A program made the position numbers and the translations under genes. The notes beneath the pieces were generated by a model. The model was not told the origin of the DNA, did not search any database, and saw only the letters and a program-made list of their open reading frames with translations. A DNA stretch of 64,000 nucleotides, taken from Narcine bancroftii (Eukaryota). Numbering within the stretch: position 1 is the stretch's first letter; every line of letters begins with the position of its first letter. Below, one piece after another: positions 22,540-35,310 of this stretch. The stretch lies in assembly GCF_036971445.1 (NCBI RefSeq), contig NC_091472.1:130262001-130326000 (forward strand). The letters are read 5' to 3'.

Positions 22540-25500
22540 TTGTTCTTGATCTCAGGATTGCAAACTGTACCACGTGCTAGTGAGGGTAGAAATAGGAGGA
22601 TAATGCAGCTTAACATGTGGCTAAAGACATGGGGCAGGAAGGAGGGTTTCAGGTTTCTGGATCATTGGAAGGTGGAACCTATTCTGATAGGATGGTTTGC
22701 ATTTGAAGTGAAGGGTTTATTATCCTTGTGGGATAGGTTTAAACTAGATTTGCAGGGGGATGGGAACCAGAGTGCCAGAGCAGATAGAAGAGTGTGAAAA
22801 TTGCATGCACCATTAGAAGTCAACTGGGTGTCCATGGTGGAAATGTTCTCGTGCATCTATTTCAATGTAAGAATCATTGGAGGAAAAGCAGACAAACCAA
22901 GAGCATGGATTGGCACGTAGAATTACGACATTGTGGCCATTAGTGAAACTTAATGGTATTTTTCCTTTTTCTTTTCGTTCTTTATTAAAATCAATAAAAA
23001 TATTTTTAAAAGAAAATAAATTTAATTGCAGAAGGGGCAGGACTGGCGTCTGTTGTTTTAAATGCGATAGAATAGGGGGAGAAGTGGCATTGCTCGTCAG
23101 GCAAGAGAGACCAGAGGGCTCGTCTACTGAGGCTATATGGGTGGAGCTGAGCAACGGGAAAGGTATGACCACACTCATGGGGTGGTATTATAGACCGCCC
23201 AGTAGTTGATGAGAATTGGAGGAGCAAATCTGTAGAAAGATCGCAGACAGCTGCAGGAAACAAGGTTGTGATAGTCAGACACTTTAATTTTCCACACATT
23301 GACTGGGACTCCCATACTGTAAAAGGGCTGAATGGCTTGGTGTTTGTCAAATGTGTTCAGGAAAGTTTTCTAAATCAATATATGGAGATACCAACTAGAG
23401 AGAGTACAATACTATATCTCCTATTAAAGAACGATACGGGACTGGTTACAGAAGTATGTGGAGGGGAACATTTTGGGTCCAGTGATCATAATGCCATTAG
23501 TTTCAAGTTAATTATGGAGAATGATACGTCTGGGCCTCAGGTTGAGATTCTAAATTGGAGAAAGGCCAATTTTGAAGAAATGAGAAAGGATCTTGAATGC
23601 ATGGATTGGGATAAGTTGTTTTGGGGAAAGGATGTGTGAAGTAAATGGAGGACCTTCAAAAGTAAAATTCAAGAGATATTAGGAATCTGGTTCAGAAGGT
23701 GTAGAGCAGGTATTGGCAACATGGAGCAAATGAGGTACTTGAGAGTATAAAAATTGCAAGAAAAACCTCGAAAGAAATGAGGAAGGCTAAAAGAAGACAC
23801 AAGGTTGCTTTGCCAGACAATGTGATCGAAAATCCTAAGGGTTTCTTCAGATATATTGAGAGCAAAAGGATAATAAGGGAAAAAAATTTATCCGCTTGAA
23901 GATCAGAGTGGTCGGCTTTGTATGGAACCAAAGAGATGGAGATCTTACATTTTTTTTCCCATCAGTATTCACTCAGGAAATGGACACAGAGTCGTGGGAA
24001 GTAAGGAAAACAAGCATTGAGGTCATGAAATCTATGCAGATTAAAGAAGAGGAAGTGCTTGCAGTCTTAAAGCAAATAAATCTCCAGGACCTGACAAAAT
24101 ATTCCCTTGGACCTTGAGGGAGGCTAGTGTCAGAATTGCAGGGGGTCTGGCAGAAATATTTAAAATGTTCTTAGCCATGGGTGTGTTGCCGGAGAATTGG
24201 AAGGTAGCTCACATTGTTCCCTTGTTTAAAAAAGGCTCCAAAAGTAACCCTGGAAATTGTAGGCCAATGAGCCTGACATCAGTGGTAGGTAAATTATTGT
24301 AAGATCAGATATACAAGTATTTAGATAGCTAACCATTGATTAGGGATAGTTAACATGGCTTTGTGCGTAGTAGGCCGTGTTTAGCCAATCTTGTAGAATT
24401 TTTTGAGGAGGTTGCCAGTTGATGAAGAAAAGGCTATAGATGTCTACATAGACTTTAGTAAGGCCTTTGACAAGGTCCTACAAGGGAGGTTAGTCATGCA
24501 GGCTCAAATGCTCGGTATACATGGAGAAGTAGTTAACTGGATTTGACAATGGCTGGATGGAAGATGCCAGAGAGTAGTGGTGGATGATTGCTTCTCAGAC
24601 TGGACGTCTGTGGCTGGTGGTGTGCATTAGGAATCGTTGCTGGGACACTACACCGATAATCTGGATGATAATGTGGTAAATTGGATCATCAAGTTTGCAG
24701 ATGACATTAAAATTGGTGGCATTGTGGACAGCAAAGAAGGTTTTCAAAGCTTGCAGCAGGATTTAGACCAGCTGGAAAAATGGGCTAAAAAAATGGCAGA
24801 CAGAATTTAATGCAGTTATGTGTAAGGTGTTGCATTTTGGAAGGACAAACCAAGAAAGGACATATACAGTAAATGGTAGGGCACGGAGGTGTGCGGTAGA
24901 ACAGAGGGATCTGGGAATACAGGTACTGTACACAATTCCCTGAAAGTGGTATTACAGGTGGGTAGGGTTGTAAAGAGAACTTTTGGCATATCGGCCTTGA
25001 TAAATCAAAGTACTGAGTATAGGAGTTGGAATGTTATGGTAAAGTAATATTAAGACTTTGATGAGGCCAAATTTGAAGCATTGTGTGTAGTTTTGGACAC
25101 CTAACTACAGGAAGGATATTAATAAGATAGAAAGAGTGCAGAGAAGATTTACTAGTATGTTGCCTGGACTTTAGGGACTGAGATACAGGGAAAGGTTAAA
25201 CAGTTTAGGTCTTTATTCCCTGGAGAGTATGGGGTGTGATTTGATAGAGGTATTTAAATTTATGAGGGGGATAGACAGAGTAAATGTACCGTCAGATAGG
25301 CTTTTTCCACTGAGGGTTGATGAGATACAAACCAAAGGACATTGGTTAATAGTGAAAGGGGAAATGTTTAGAGGGAACATGTGGGGGAACCTCTTCACAC
25401 AGAGATGGTGGGAGTGTGGAATGAACCGCCAGCTGAAGTGGTGAATGCAGGCTCAATTTTTACATTTAAGAAGAATTTGGACAGGTACATGGATGGGAGA

Positions 25501-25612
25501 GTTATGGAGGGCTACAGATTGGGTGCAGGTCAGTGGAACTCAGCAAAACTAAATGGTTTGGCACAGACCATAAGTGCTGAAGAGATCTATTTCTGCACTG
25601 TAATGTATGAAA
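22540..25612 (+). mobile_element. CR1 LINE, decayed (ORF1 esterase C-terminus plus ORF2 APE/RT)
   Basis: ISGL.TVPRASEGRNRRI..LN.WL...GFRFLDHW (SGNH-like ORF1), YYRPP, FNFPHIDW, SDHNAISF, WKVAHIVPLFKKG..NPGNCRPMSLTS, KFADD. Confidence 0.92.
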
Positions 25613-25841
25613 ACAAATCATCAATATGAAGATGGTTTGCCAGAGTGACCTTTTAATCAGATTTTTTTTCTGTTCCTAACAACATCCCTTTCTTTGAAAA
25701 CCTCCTAACTGAAATAAAATCATTACGAATTCTCTTCATTTGCACAACAGCCTTCAGAATTCTGATTTCCATATCTTGCTTTCTTCATTTCTGGCTTAAA
25801 ATTATTTTTTGACACATGGAAGAACTATGCATCCTAGGAGC

Positions 25842-26370
25842 TGTTACAAACTAATGGATTTCCACCCCCCGCATTAGTACTAACACAGAAACAGCAACGG
25901 AAGATTCGCCAGACAGTAGTAAATTAAAAATAATTGTTTTTATGAAACTATTAATCACATAACTGTTCTCCTTTAACTCTAAACTTACTTCATTCTAAGC
26001 TTAAACCATTATGCGCGTGATTTTATAAATATGACTGTATTAAAGTACAAATTTTTTCAGTTTAAACTTGAGTCTGAAATGTTTTTTTTAAAGGCCCAGT
26101 ATTTGAAAGCCTTGTTGAACTTGAAGGTCTATTAAATTGTAGTTCAAAAGTGATTATGAAGCATCAAATTATTTTCAATTGTTGCTTAAAGCAGGAATTA
26201 AGTGTTTGTTAACACTGACTTAGTCCTTGGACGAATCTGCTTGAGTTATATTCCCCAGGAAGAGATTGTCTGTAAATCAACTGAAAATCACTGAAAAGAG
26301 GGAAAGCAAAGCCCAAAAAATTATTACAACATGGGCAAGAAGAACAAAGCAGCCCTCTTGGAAATGGAGG
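25842..26370. mobile_element. Possible decayed LTR-like fragment
   Basis: Begins TGTTACA with architecture loosely like the solo LTR at 50129-50977. No TSD found. Confidence 0.3.
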
Positions 26371-26399
26371 AGACCAACGGATAGAGACAAACGCCGTCG

Positions 26400-26930
26400 G
26401 AGCTGCCGTACAGGAGAGATGGGATGTGGGAAGAGCCCGACATGGTGGAGGAGGGTCTGGGGCTGGCAAGCAGCACACCAGTGCTGATATGATGGACTTT
26501 GTACAATCTCTAAAAAATGAGGCCCTAGACGGGAGGGTCCAAAAGATAATGGAAGGAGCGGGCAAATTAAAGACTGCACTTGCCTTTCTAACCAACCGCA
26601 TGGCAGCTGCCGAAGACAAAATGGAGGACGTGGAGGACAGACTGTAAAAAATTGAAAACTATACAGATGTCTGGAAAGTTGAAAGAGAGAGACTGCTGGA
26701 GAAATTGGATTTGTTGAAAAATTATATCAGGTGAAAGAATGTAAGGATTGTGGGGCTAAGAGAAAGGGAACTGCTTTAAGTTCCAATCAGGTAGTTTTAA
26801 ATACCTAGGATAACAAAGAATAGAGATTTGGGAAATTTATACAAACTCAACTATACCCCTATCCTTGAAAAGATCGAGGATGCTATAAACAGATGGAAAG
26901 CCTGCCTATCACCTGTGGGAGAGCACGGGA
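26400..26930 (+). mobile_element. L1-like remnant: ORF1 coiled-coil fragment joined to an ORF2 thumb fragment
   Basis: RMAAAEDKMEDVEDRL..LEKLDLLKNY..KNVRIVGLRE, followed directly by FKYLG and tataccc..ttgaaaagatcgaggat similar to 49580-49620. Confidence 0.6.
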
Positions 26931-27159
26931 CAGTGGGTTAATTGGGACTGATTCAGGGCTGTGGGAAGAGAGGAAGGCAGTCGGACCAGTTTGGGTATAT
27001 AAGTATACAATTTCTTATTGCTGGCGATCATTTTTTCTAAATTGCTGCAGACGTTTGCAGTAACACAGTTGGACCTTGCCGGAATGGATGCTAAGTGCTG
27101 CATACCTGTAAATATAAATACTAAATAAATATCACTATTTGAATGAATATATAGTTGCA

Positions 27160-27960
27160 TCATGGAGGGTTTGTATGAGAAGTTCATCAGACTTTCCCTA
27201 TATGGAAAGAAGCTATTTCTTAGCCTGGTGATTCTGGCTTTGATACTCCTGTATTTCTTTCCTGGCTGGAATAGCTGAAATATGCTGTGTGCTGAGTAGT
27301 AGGGGGTCATCAATGATTTTACAAGCTCTCTTCAAACACTGATCCTGGTAATCCTATTGATGGTGGGTAGAGAGACCCTGATGATCTTCTCTACTGTTTT
27401 TATAGCCTTATGGATTGATGTCCAATCTGATGCTGTACAGCAACTGTGATGCAGCCGGCCAGGAAGCTCTCAATAGAGTTTCTGTAGAAAGCTGACAGGG
27501 TGGTAGCCAATAGCCTTGTCCGCCTCAGCCTTCCTGACAAGTAAGGATATGATTCGTGACCAGGGTAGGTCACTTGTGAACTCCAAGCACCTTGGTGCTC
27601 TCTGCTCTTTCCACTACCAAGCTATTAATGTGTAATGGAGGGTCGTCATCCCTGTTCCACAATCATCTTCTTTGACTTGTCCACATTGAGACTCGGGTTG
27701 TTATTCTTGCACCATTTTTACAAGATTTTCCACCTCTTCTCTGTTGTGTCATCTGCAAACTTGATGATTCTATTGGAGGCGTTGCAGTCATGGGTCAGTG
27801 GTGTGAACAAGAGCAGGCTGAGCTCACAGCTCTGAGGTGCGCTAACCCAGACAGACTGTGGTCTTTTCTGTTAGGAAGCCTCAAATACAGTAAAAGAGAG
27901 TGGTGTTGAGTCCCAGCGAGGACAGCTTCTTCACGAACCTATAGGGTATGATCACATTAA
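27160..27960 (-). mobile_element. Rex1-like LINE fragment
   Basis: Minus-strand QPGKKYRSIKARITRLRNSFFP, KFADDT (tgtcatctgcaaactt on +). Confidence 0.75.
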
Positions 27961-28067
27961 GCATGCAGCATGTGGAAAAATAAAACAATAAAGAGTTGAT
28001 GTATTCATTTTATAGCTTATAAAAAATCTGTGTATCTATCATTTAAACTGTTATTTTTCTTCTGCAG

Positions 28068-28100
28068 ATAAAGAATGTTTCGATCACTGGATTTCAGTAA
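28068..28100 (+). CDS. TPST2: TPST2 last coding exon (IKNVSITGFQ*)
   Basis: Acceptor ttatttttcttctgcag|, phase 0. Keeps a C-terminal N-glycosylation sequon (NVS) as in mammalian TPST2 (NST). Total 380 aa. Possible donor CAG|gtgggt at 28119. Confidence 0.75.
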   Translation: MKNVSITGFQ

Positions 28101-30699
28101 CAAATGTAGTTGTGACAGGTGGGTACATTTTTCCCGTATTAATATTGAGCACAAAGCTTACTCCAGCTGTGAGCTTTGGCAGATGTGCATTATTGGGGCT
28201 GCAGGACACACCAGGCACAGCTACTAAATGTCAAGTAATCTGCAACTCCTGCCATTTTGTACCTTTTTGCTATCCAGCAAAGGCTTATGTCAGGAGCTTC
28301 AATATTAGCAAGTGCAAGGTCTTTATTTAAATTGAATTAAAACGGTAAGAACTTAGTCTGAGCTCTTTCGTGGAACAAAGTAGTGGCTTGAAAACAGTTT
28401 GTTGGATCGTTTGATTGTAGGTGAAGCACAAATTGTAATCCCTGGCTCATTTAAATAGACATGTTGCTTTTCACCTTCATAAGCAGCTTGTGCAGTAGGA
28501 TTACCAGTTCTTGCATCTAATTGCCATTTCTTGGACCTATCCCACTCTGGTCATACTCTCTTCGACCACTTTCTGGCAGAAGATGCATGTGACTGAAAAC
28601 AGGAACATCCTGATTCAAAGAGCATTGCTTTTACCGGGTTCTTAGATGGATCTCAGACTGGCAAAAGATTATGCCCTTGAACTGTTCTTGCCTTTACTTT
28701 TTTTTGCATTTTTCTTTATACCCTGCTCTATTTGACTTATTGTAATACTAATCCTGACACTTTATTTGTTTATTCTTGCATTTATTTATTTCTTGCACAA
28801 AGTGGCAATACTGTTTTTGGAAAAGCACATGATGATAGTGACATACCTTCCCATCAACCTCACAACCAGTGCTCTCTAAACTAGTCTACCTTATTGGAAG
28901 CCAAATTCATATCAGCTTATTCCCATACTCCAGTGTATAGCCTCGACTTTGAATCTAACTGGGTAACTAACACATTTAAATCTAAGAATGTGTTCTTCTC
29001 GGACTCATTTCCCAAGTCTATGTAATGTGTAAGATTAATGGAGACTTAAAAAGAATTTAAAACATGTTGTAAACCTGAGTCATGTGAAATGCAAACCTGT
29101 TTCCTCTGGCGAGTGATGGACTATGGCAACTGATTGACGCTTAACCATCAGCTTCAATTTATGGATGTATAGGAATCAAAAATCAATTGTAAGATAAATA
29201 AAGTATTATTGTTAATTTCATAATATTGGTCATTCCAAAAAAAAGTTACTTGAGCAATGTTGTTTAAGTGCATGATAAGGATCTCATGAACAGTACTCAG
29301 AAAGGGGAAGATGGTTTAAAAGATTGTTTTTAATTAATGTTCTGCCTGGCAGGTTTCAACCCTGGTCATGCTCCACTTTCCCTTTGGAGAGGCTCAGTAG
29401 CAGCTTCCCTTTTTATTCCAAGGTTGTGGATCATGTAACACATGATTATGAACATCATTTTGGCTGTAGTGAAAAACTCCTCTCATGCTATTCAGACAAT
29501 GGAACTACTATTTCAGAATGCTACGATTAGTCGACCAGAACCCTTGCTGAGTGCTTTAAATCTATGTTTGCCTTCCTGACAGGAAGCAGAAACTCTTAAT
29601 CCCTGCTAGTCACCTTACTGTGGCTGTGGTTTTATTGAAACACAGAGCCTATTGAAGTCTTGCATAGTTCTGTTTGCTTGAGATCACAAGTAAATTCAAA
29701 TTGAGAACTATATTCTTGAGTATCCCAATCTATGTAAATTTCTGTCCCTGATGTTCTGTGCAAGTAAGAATGCTGCATTTGGATGATGATAGTTTTTTTC
29801 CCCCTTATTTTTCGGTGATATAGCTAATAGGCTAATTGAATCACTAAACTTTCAGACTCGTTGGCTCAGGAGCTATTTTCAACTTGAACGAAGTGTTGGG
29901 AGGGATTCTTAATATTATTAAATAGCACCCTCAATATCTTCTATTGCTGATAAATTTAGTTTCTGCCAGGACTAATTGATTATCCCAAATTTGAAAAGTG
30001 AGATGAGAAAAACTGCCATTGATTTTAACGGGCTCTGACATCAAAATCTCCAAGAAAATTTAATTCATAAAATATTAAGGGGAAACTGACAACTTTCTGG
30101 AGTTTGAGCACAGGATTTTTATGGTCATTACAAGTTAGTGTTCTCAACCTAAGACTTCATGGTTGCGACCTAGACTTGCTCACTGACTACTTATGATGAC
30201 TGCAAATGTTCAGCTCCATGTGCAGCTCCTTAAGTGGTGAAGCAGTCCAATAAGAATATATTTGTGAGCTACTCAAGTACCAGACAATGACCGTCACCGC
30301 TAACAACATCTGTATCATTGAATTCTGTCAAAATAACGTCCTGAGATTCACCATTTACCAGTAAATCAGGCATTTTGGTGCTTATTTTGCCTAATTTCCA
30401 AAATCTTTTGTACTATCTACGAGATGAAATTTAATAAAATAACTTGATGCTGGCTTGCATGAGTGCACATCGAATTAACACAATCACACCATAACCTTAA
30501 GCATTTCTCCCCTCCACAACTAATTTATCATTGATAGTGTGTACAGTTTAAAAGATTATTGCAACAACACTCAAAGGTTGTCCAAACAACATCCCTCTTT
30601 GTATCAAAAAAGAAAGACTACTGACATAAACTGTCAGTAAATAGAGAATGCTTTCACAGAAAATTCATGCTTGGACATTTGTTAGTACTGAAACAAAGT

Positions 30700-31842
30700 A
30701 TAAGAATACCCCGCTTTACAAAACTAGAGCACCCCATGAAACCTTTCATAAGCTGTGTGACAGATTGTTATATTGTGTATTTTGATATGTTTTAAAGGAA
30801 ATAAATGTGGGTTTTATTTAGTGTAGGTCACAAACAAACACTTCACAACACAGATCTCATTTTAAATGCCAGAGCTCTACTCAAGCCAGACATTCCAGGC
30901 TCCTAGTGCAATGGAAACTGCTTTGCTGAAGGACTTCACAAGTAGGTTTAATTGGACATGCTGTGGAGTAATGGATTGTTGTTTTGAAAAGCAGCAGATG
31001 AACAGACTCAAAAAGATTGGGTCCGGTGCCACAGTCTGTCTGAATGCAGTTTGCTGTTCTAAGACGATCATGTGGTTTTGCAAGCAAAGAGAGAGAAGAG
31101 ACCAAATAGGCTTTCTCTAAGAGAGAGGAGGAAAAAACTGGTTTCTGCAGCATGGCAAGCTGCCAGATTGTTTGAAACCCCATTTTGAAGATGGGTTGTA
31201 AGTTCTGAGTTCAGCCTGTTCAAAGCCCTTGTGGTCCATACAAGAGGAGATGGCTGGCTGTATGATGTTTCGCCTGAGATAAGGGAAACAAAAAAGGAAC
31301 TCTGTGGTGACCTGAAAGAAAGTGATTATCATCTGAAAAACCCTGAAGAGGGGCATGTTTCTTTGGCAAGACACTGAAGTGGCTGATCGGAAGGAATCAG
31401 TTTGTGTGTGTTCAACGAGCAACAAAATCTCTCTCTGAAAACCAACAAGAGCCTTCCTGAGTGGTAACCATTTACATTTCAAGCATCAAAGCTTGGTGAA
31501 GATTCATAAATGTTAAATTCTGTGCACAGTATAATAATTGCCTGATACCGGTAAACTTGGAGAAGTGAGAAATGAGATTGGACTGTGAATCAAAGTACTT
31601 TTCTGAACTTAGACACACATTACATAAATATCCACTTAGAATTAGAAGGGGGTTAAGTTAATAGTAAGTTAAAGTTTGATCCTGTTTTTATGTTTAAAGA
31701 AAATTAAAAATAACTTTTGTTAAAGTAACCATTTGACTTAGCCTTCAATAGCAACAATAAAAATTCACTATATTCGTAAAAGTGAAAACTCGTTCGAATT
31801 CTTTCGTAAAAGCAAGTATTCGTAAAATGGGGTAGACCTGGA
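30700..31842. mobile_element. Small Tc1/pogo-like non-autonomous element interrupted by an LTR
   Basis: Imperfect terminal inverted repeats taccccgctttac / gtaaaatggggta. Repeated ttcgtaaaa subterminal motifs. Confidence 0.45.
30757..31737 (+). mobile_element. Solo LTR (3'-truncated), related to 50129-50977
   Basis: Starts TGTGACAGA. Shares aggtcaca.acaaacactt, ctctctctgaaaccaacaaga, aacttttgtt.aagtaacc with the reverse complement of 50129-50977. Confidence 0.7.
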
Positions 31843-33311
31843 CTAGAATTTGCTGGAAACACTATGACCATTAGATCTGAAGGCATGTGAATAACAGCAC
31901 CTTAAGAGCAAAAAGGAATGGACAAGAAATGCATATCTTGTCAAGTGTACCCACTTGTGAATGAATTATGAACAAAAATAATGTAAAGCTGCTTTGAAGT
32001 TGGCCACAGTTAGCAGTCTACTGCAAGATATGGTGTTGAGTTTCAGTTCTTGCTCCTATAAAAGGCATGTGATTTGTTTCTTTTTAAGTGCACTACTTCT
32101 GATCCATCACCAACAGAAATAAAGCTCAAACAAATTTTGCATGCCGAGGAAAGAGCATAAAGGTTTATATAATTTTGATGATTGTTCATTTAATGTAAAA
32201 TCTTTTTTTTCAGGGACACCAGATTATCTGGCAGACAAAACAGAAAATGAAGAAATGACTGAAAATAGTTTAGATTGGACACAACAAAATCTGCTGATTA
32301 ACCTTGCATTCATGCAGTGCTGTGTTTGATGTATAATATAAATCTGTGACAATCTTAACTGAATCTTGACATTTTGTGAAGGAAGTTAGTTTAATAATAC
32401 TTTCTTCCCCAAAGCCAACCTTAATGTTTCCAAGCTAAAGTCATTAATGAAATGATTTGATGTGCATCTTTAGATTGTGAGTAATGTTGAAGTTTCCAGA
32501 ACATTTTTTAAAAAATTTGGACTTGCTCTCTCCAGTCTGCATTTAATTGAATATAATGCCTTGAGCAGTGCTTTAAGCTGCCAAATTATTTCCAATCACC
32601 ACTGTGACAATCAAGAATGTGAAACCCTTCAGGTTTTTTGTACTAAATATGTTTAATATTGAATACCAGAGACTACTTGATGAAATATTTCATTAAAACT
32701 TGTAGCATATCTTGAGGATGTACACACTGTCAAAAGAATATTCGAACAAAGGGTAAAATTAGCAATTTAGATTCAACAAATGTACCCTGACTTTAGTTTG
32801 TCTTAAGATGTCCTATCAAAGTTTTTGTCTTAAATGATTCTCCCATTTTTATTCCAAGTGCTACGTGAGGCAAATCAACCAACCTGGAATTCCAAACAAA
32901 TTTGCAAAATGCTCCCAAATTGATAAATCTCAATAAGATACTGAGCTGAATGGGACTCCTCTGCATTCAGTAAAGTTCCAGTTATGGCAGCAACCAATTA
33001 AAAGCATATGGTAAAAACTTAAGCAATAACATTGATGGAGGCCAATTTCCATAATATAAATGAAGAAACAAGAATGGGAGTAGACATTCAGGCCTCTTGA
33101 TGATATTCTGTCTCAATACCATATTTCTGCTCTCACATTCCACAGGTGCGCTACTTCTGAATGAAATTACTTCTCCTCATCTTCCACCTAAATGTCTTAT
33201 CCCTGTGTCCTGAGGTCGTGACCACACCCCTCCCCCCCACATTCTAGACTCCTTAGCCAAGGAAAATATCTTGCCAGCATCCAATCTGTCAATCCCTGTT
33301 AGAATTTTGCA

Positions 33312-33565
33312 TTTTTAAATTTAGACATATAGCACGATGATGGGCCATTTTGGCTCACATGTCCATGCCACCTAATTAACCTACACCCCTGGTATGTTTT
33401 GAATGGTGGGAGGAATCCAGAGCGCCCCCCGCCCCCCCCCCAAGGAAAACCAATGCAGACATGAGGAGAATGTACAAATTCCTTACAGACAGCCTGGGTT
33501 TGAACCCCAGTCCTAATTGCTGGTGCTGCAAAGGCGTTGCACTAACCGCTACGCCAATTGTGCCA
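33312..33565 (-). mobile_element. tRNA-derived SINE (HE1-like), nested in an old CR1 fragment (~33070-33750)
   Basis: Minus strand starts ttggcgtagcggttagtgcaacgcc (A box) ... ggggttcaaaccc (B box). CR1-like tail ending aaatttaaaa. Confidence 0.8.
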
Positions 33566-34164
33566 TTGTGCTTTAATTATTCTCAACTCATTGAATACAG
33601 GCAAAGTTAACCTAACCTGATGGGAGGATCATCATCACACAAATCAATCTGGTGAATATTTGTTGCATTCATTGTGTGAGAAATGCATCCTTTCACAGAT
33701 ACTGCTCACAAAGATGAAAGTGTGAAATCACCAAGATCCTGTGTAATTTTAGAAGTGCCATATGATGAAGGATAAACAGATTTTGATACGTTATTCTCAG
33801 AAGTAATTTTGTACAAATCTTGTCATTTTACCAGATAACATGGGCTTTGTCAAGATTAAAAGTACTTTTGCAAAGGGCATATTCAATATACAGTTCTAAT
33901 TTTTCTCTTTAGACAATCCATTTTTTTTTAAATTTATTCATTCTTTCAGGGATCATTATTTGAGGTTGGTATGTAAAGCGTGTTCAAGTATATTTGAGAA
34001 GTAAAAACTCTACCAATCCATCTTTATTATAGTCATCAGTCCCATTCAGCTCAGATTATCATTGAAATTTATGAATAGTTGGAAGATCAAGTAGGTTCAG
34101 AGGTTTGCAATTGATTTTTTTTTGTCTTGGAAGAATTTTCCTGGAAGAAATAGCTGAATTCTAA

Positions 34165-34392
34165 TTTTCTTAATTTTAGGCATACAGCACAGGAACAGGC
34201 CCTTCTGGGCTATGAATCTATGATATTCAAATACCACAACCTACCTGCAACTCCCATACATTTTTTTTTGAAGGGTGAGAAAAATCTGTCTCATGCGGAG
34301 GAAACCCATGCAAACATGGGGAGAACATACAAACTCCTATTCAAACCCAGCTCACAGGTGCTGTAACAGCATTGTGCTAATAACCATGCTAC
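34165..34392 (-). mobile_element. SINE, same family as 33312-33565
   Basis: Shares gaaacccatgca.acatgg.gagaac.tacaaactcct, ttcaaaccc, gtgctgtaacagc.ttg.gctaa. Confidence 0.75.
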
Positions 34393-35310
34393 AAACTTTG
34401 TTCACCAATTAAGTCATGCTACCTAGCCTCTAACTCATTTATCCTTAAAATATTAACACTTCTGCAATCCCATTTCATCATTTTTTTTGCCAAATAAGAC
34501 TGAAAATTTCTGTTTATAGAATGCAATTAGTTACTAGCTGGAACTGGTCATTTATCCATTCATCAAATGTTGAATACTTTAATTCCTCATTATTTTGATA
34601 ATGCTATTCAGTACTTCACATTTGTTTGCCATAACTTTAACATCAACATTGCTGCTTTCTTCAGAGAAGACTGTCTCAGAATATTCATTGAGATCCTTCT
34701 CATGTCCTCCATCTCCATACACCATTTTTCCATGGTTATCCTTTTGCTTTCTATGTACAACTTTGAAGTTTCTTAATTTTGCTTACTGTAATTTTTTCAT
34801 GTCCTCTCTTCATTGTTTCCCTTTCAATTTCACTCTTGCCCTATGAGGTGCATGGAGCCTGGTGTAAACTTGCATGTTCACCTTCTACTCTTGCATCTTG
34901 ACAACAAGGAAACTAGATCTGATTGTCCCATCTTTGTGGGAAAGCATATATCTTTAATCTGGTATTTAATTTCTAATGTTTCTCTTGGCTCTGAAAATAA
35001 TTTAACCTCAAATTGCTGTATCCAGTCTGCTTTTACTGAATCATTTTCAGTATTATAAAATTGGCCTTCTACCAATTTAGTACTCTTCTCTTTTCCAAAT
35101 GTAGCTATTGCATAAGAACTTCTCTAATTGTTGCATTGACCACTAGCCCAGCTTAATTCTCAAAGATTAAACCCAATATTGTATTAACTATTAAATACAG
35201 TACATTTGTATTCCCAAGGAAATTGTCCAAAGTATGATTTTTTTTCTCTCTCCCCATAATATGAACCCTTGACAAAGAAAATAACAAATCTGTTGTTTTT
35301 ATTGTATGTA

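Noticed and set aside
33490-33565. tRNA gene
   Set aside because: The A/B boxes are the head of a SINE that continues into a core and LINE-derived tail, with no cloverleaf.
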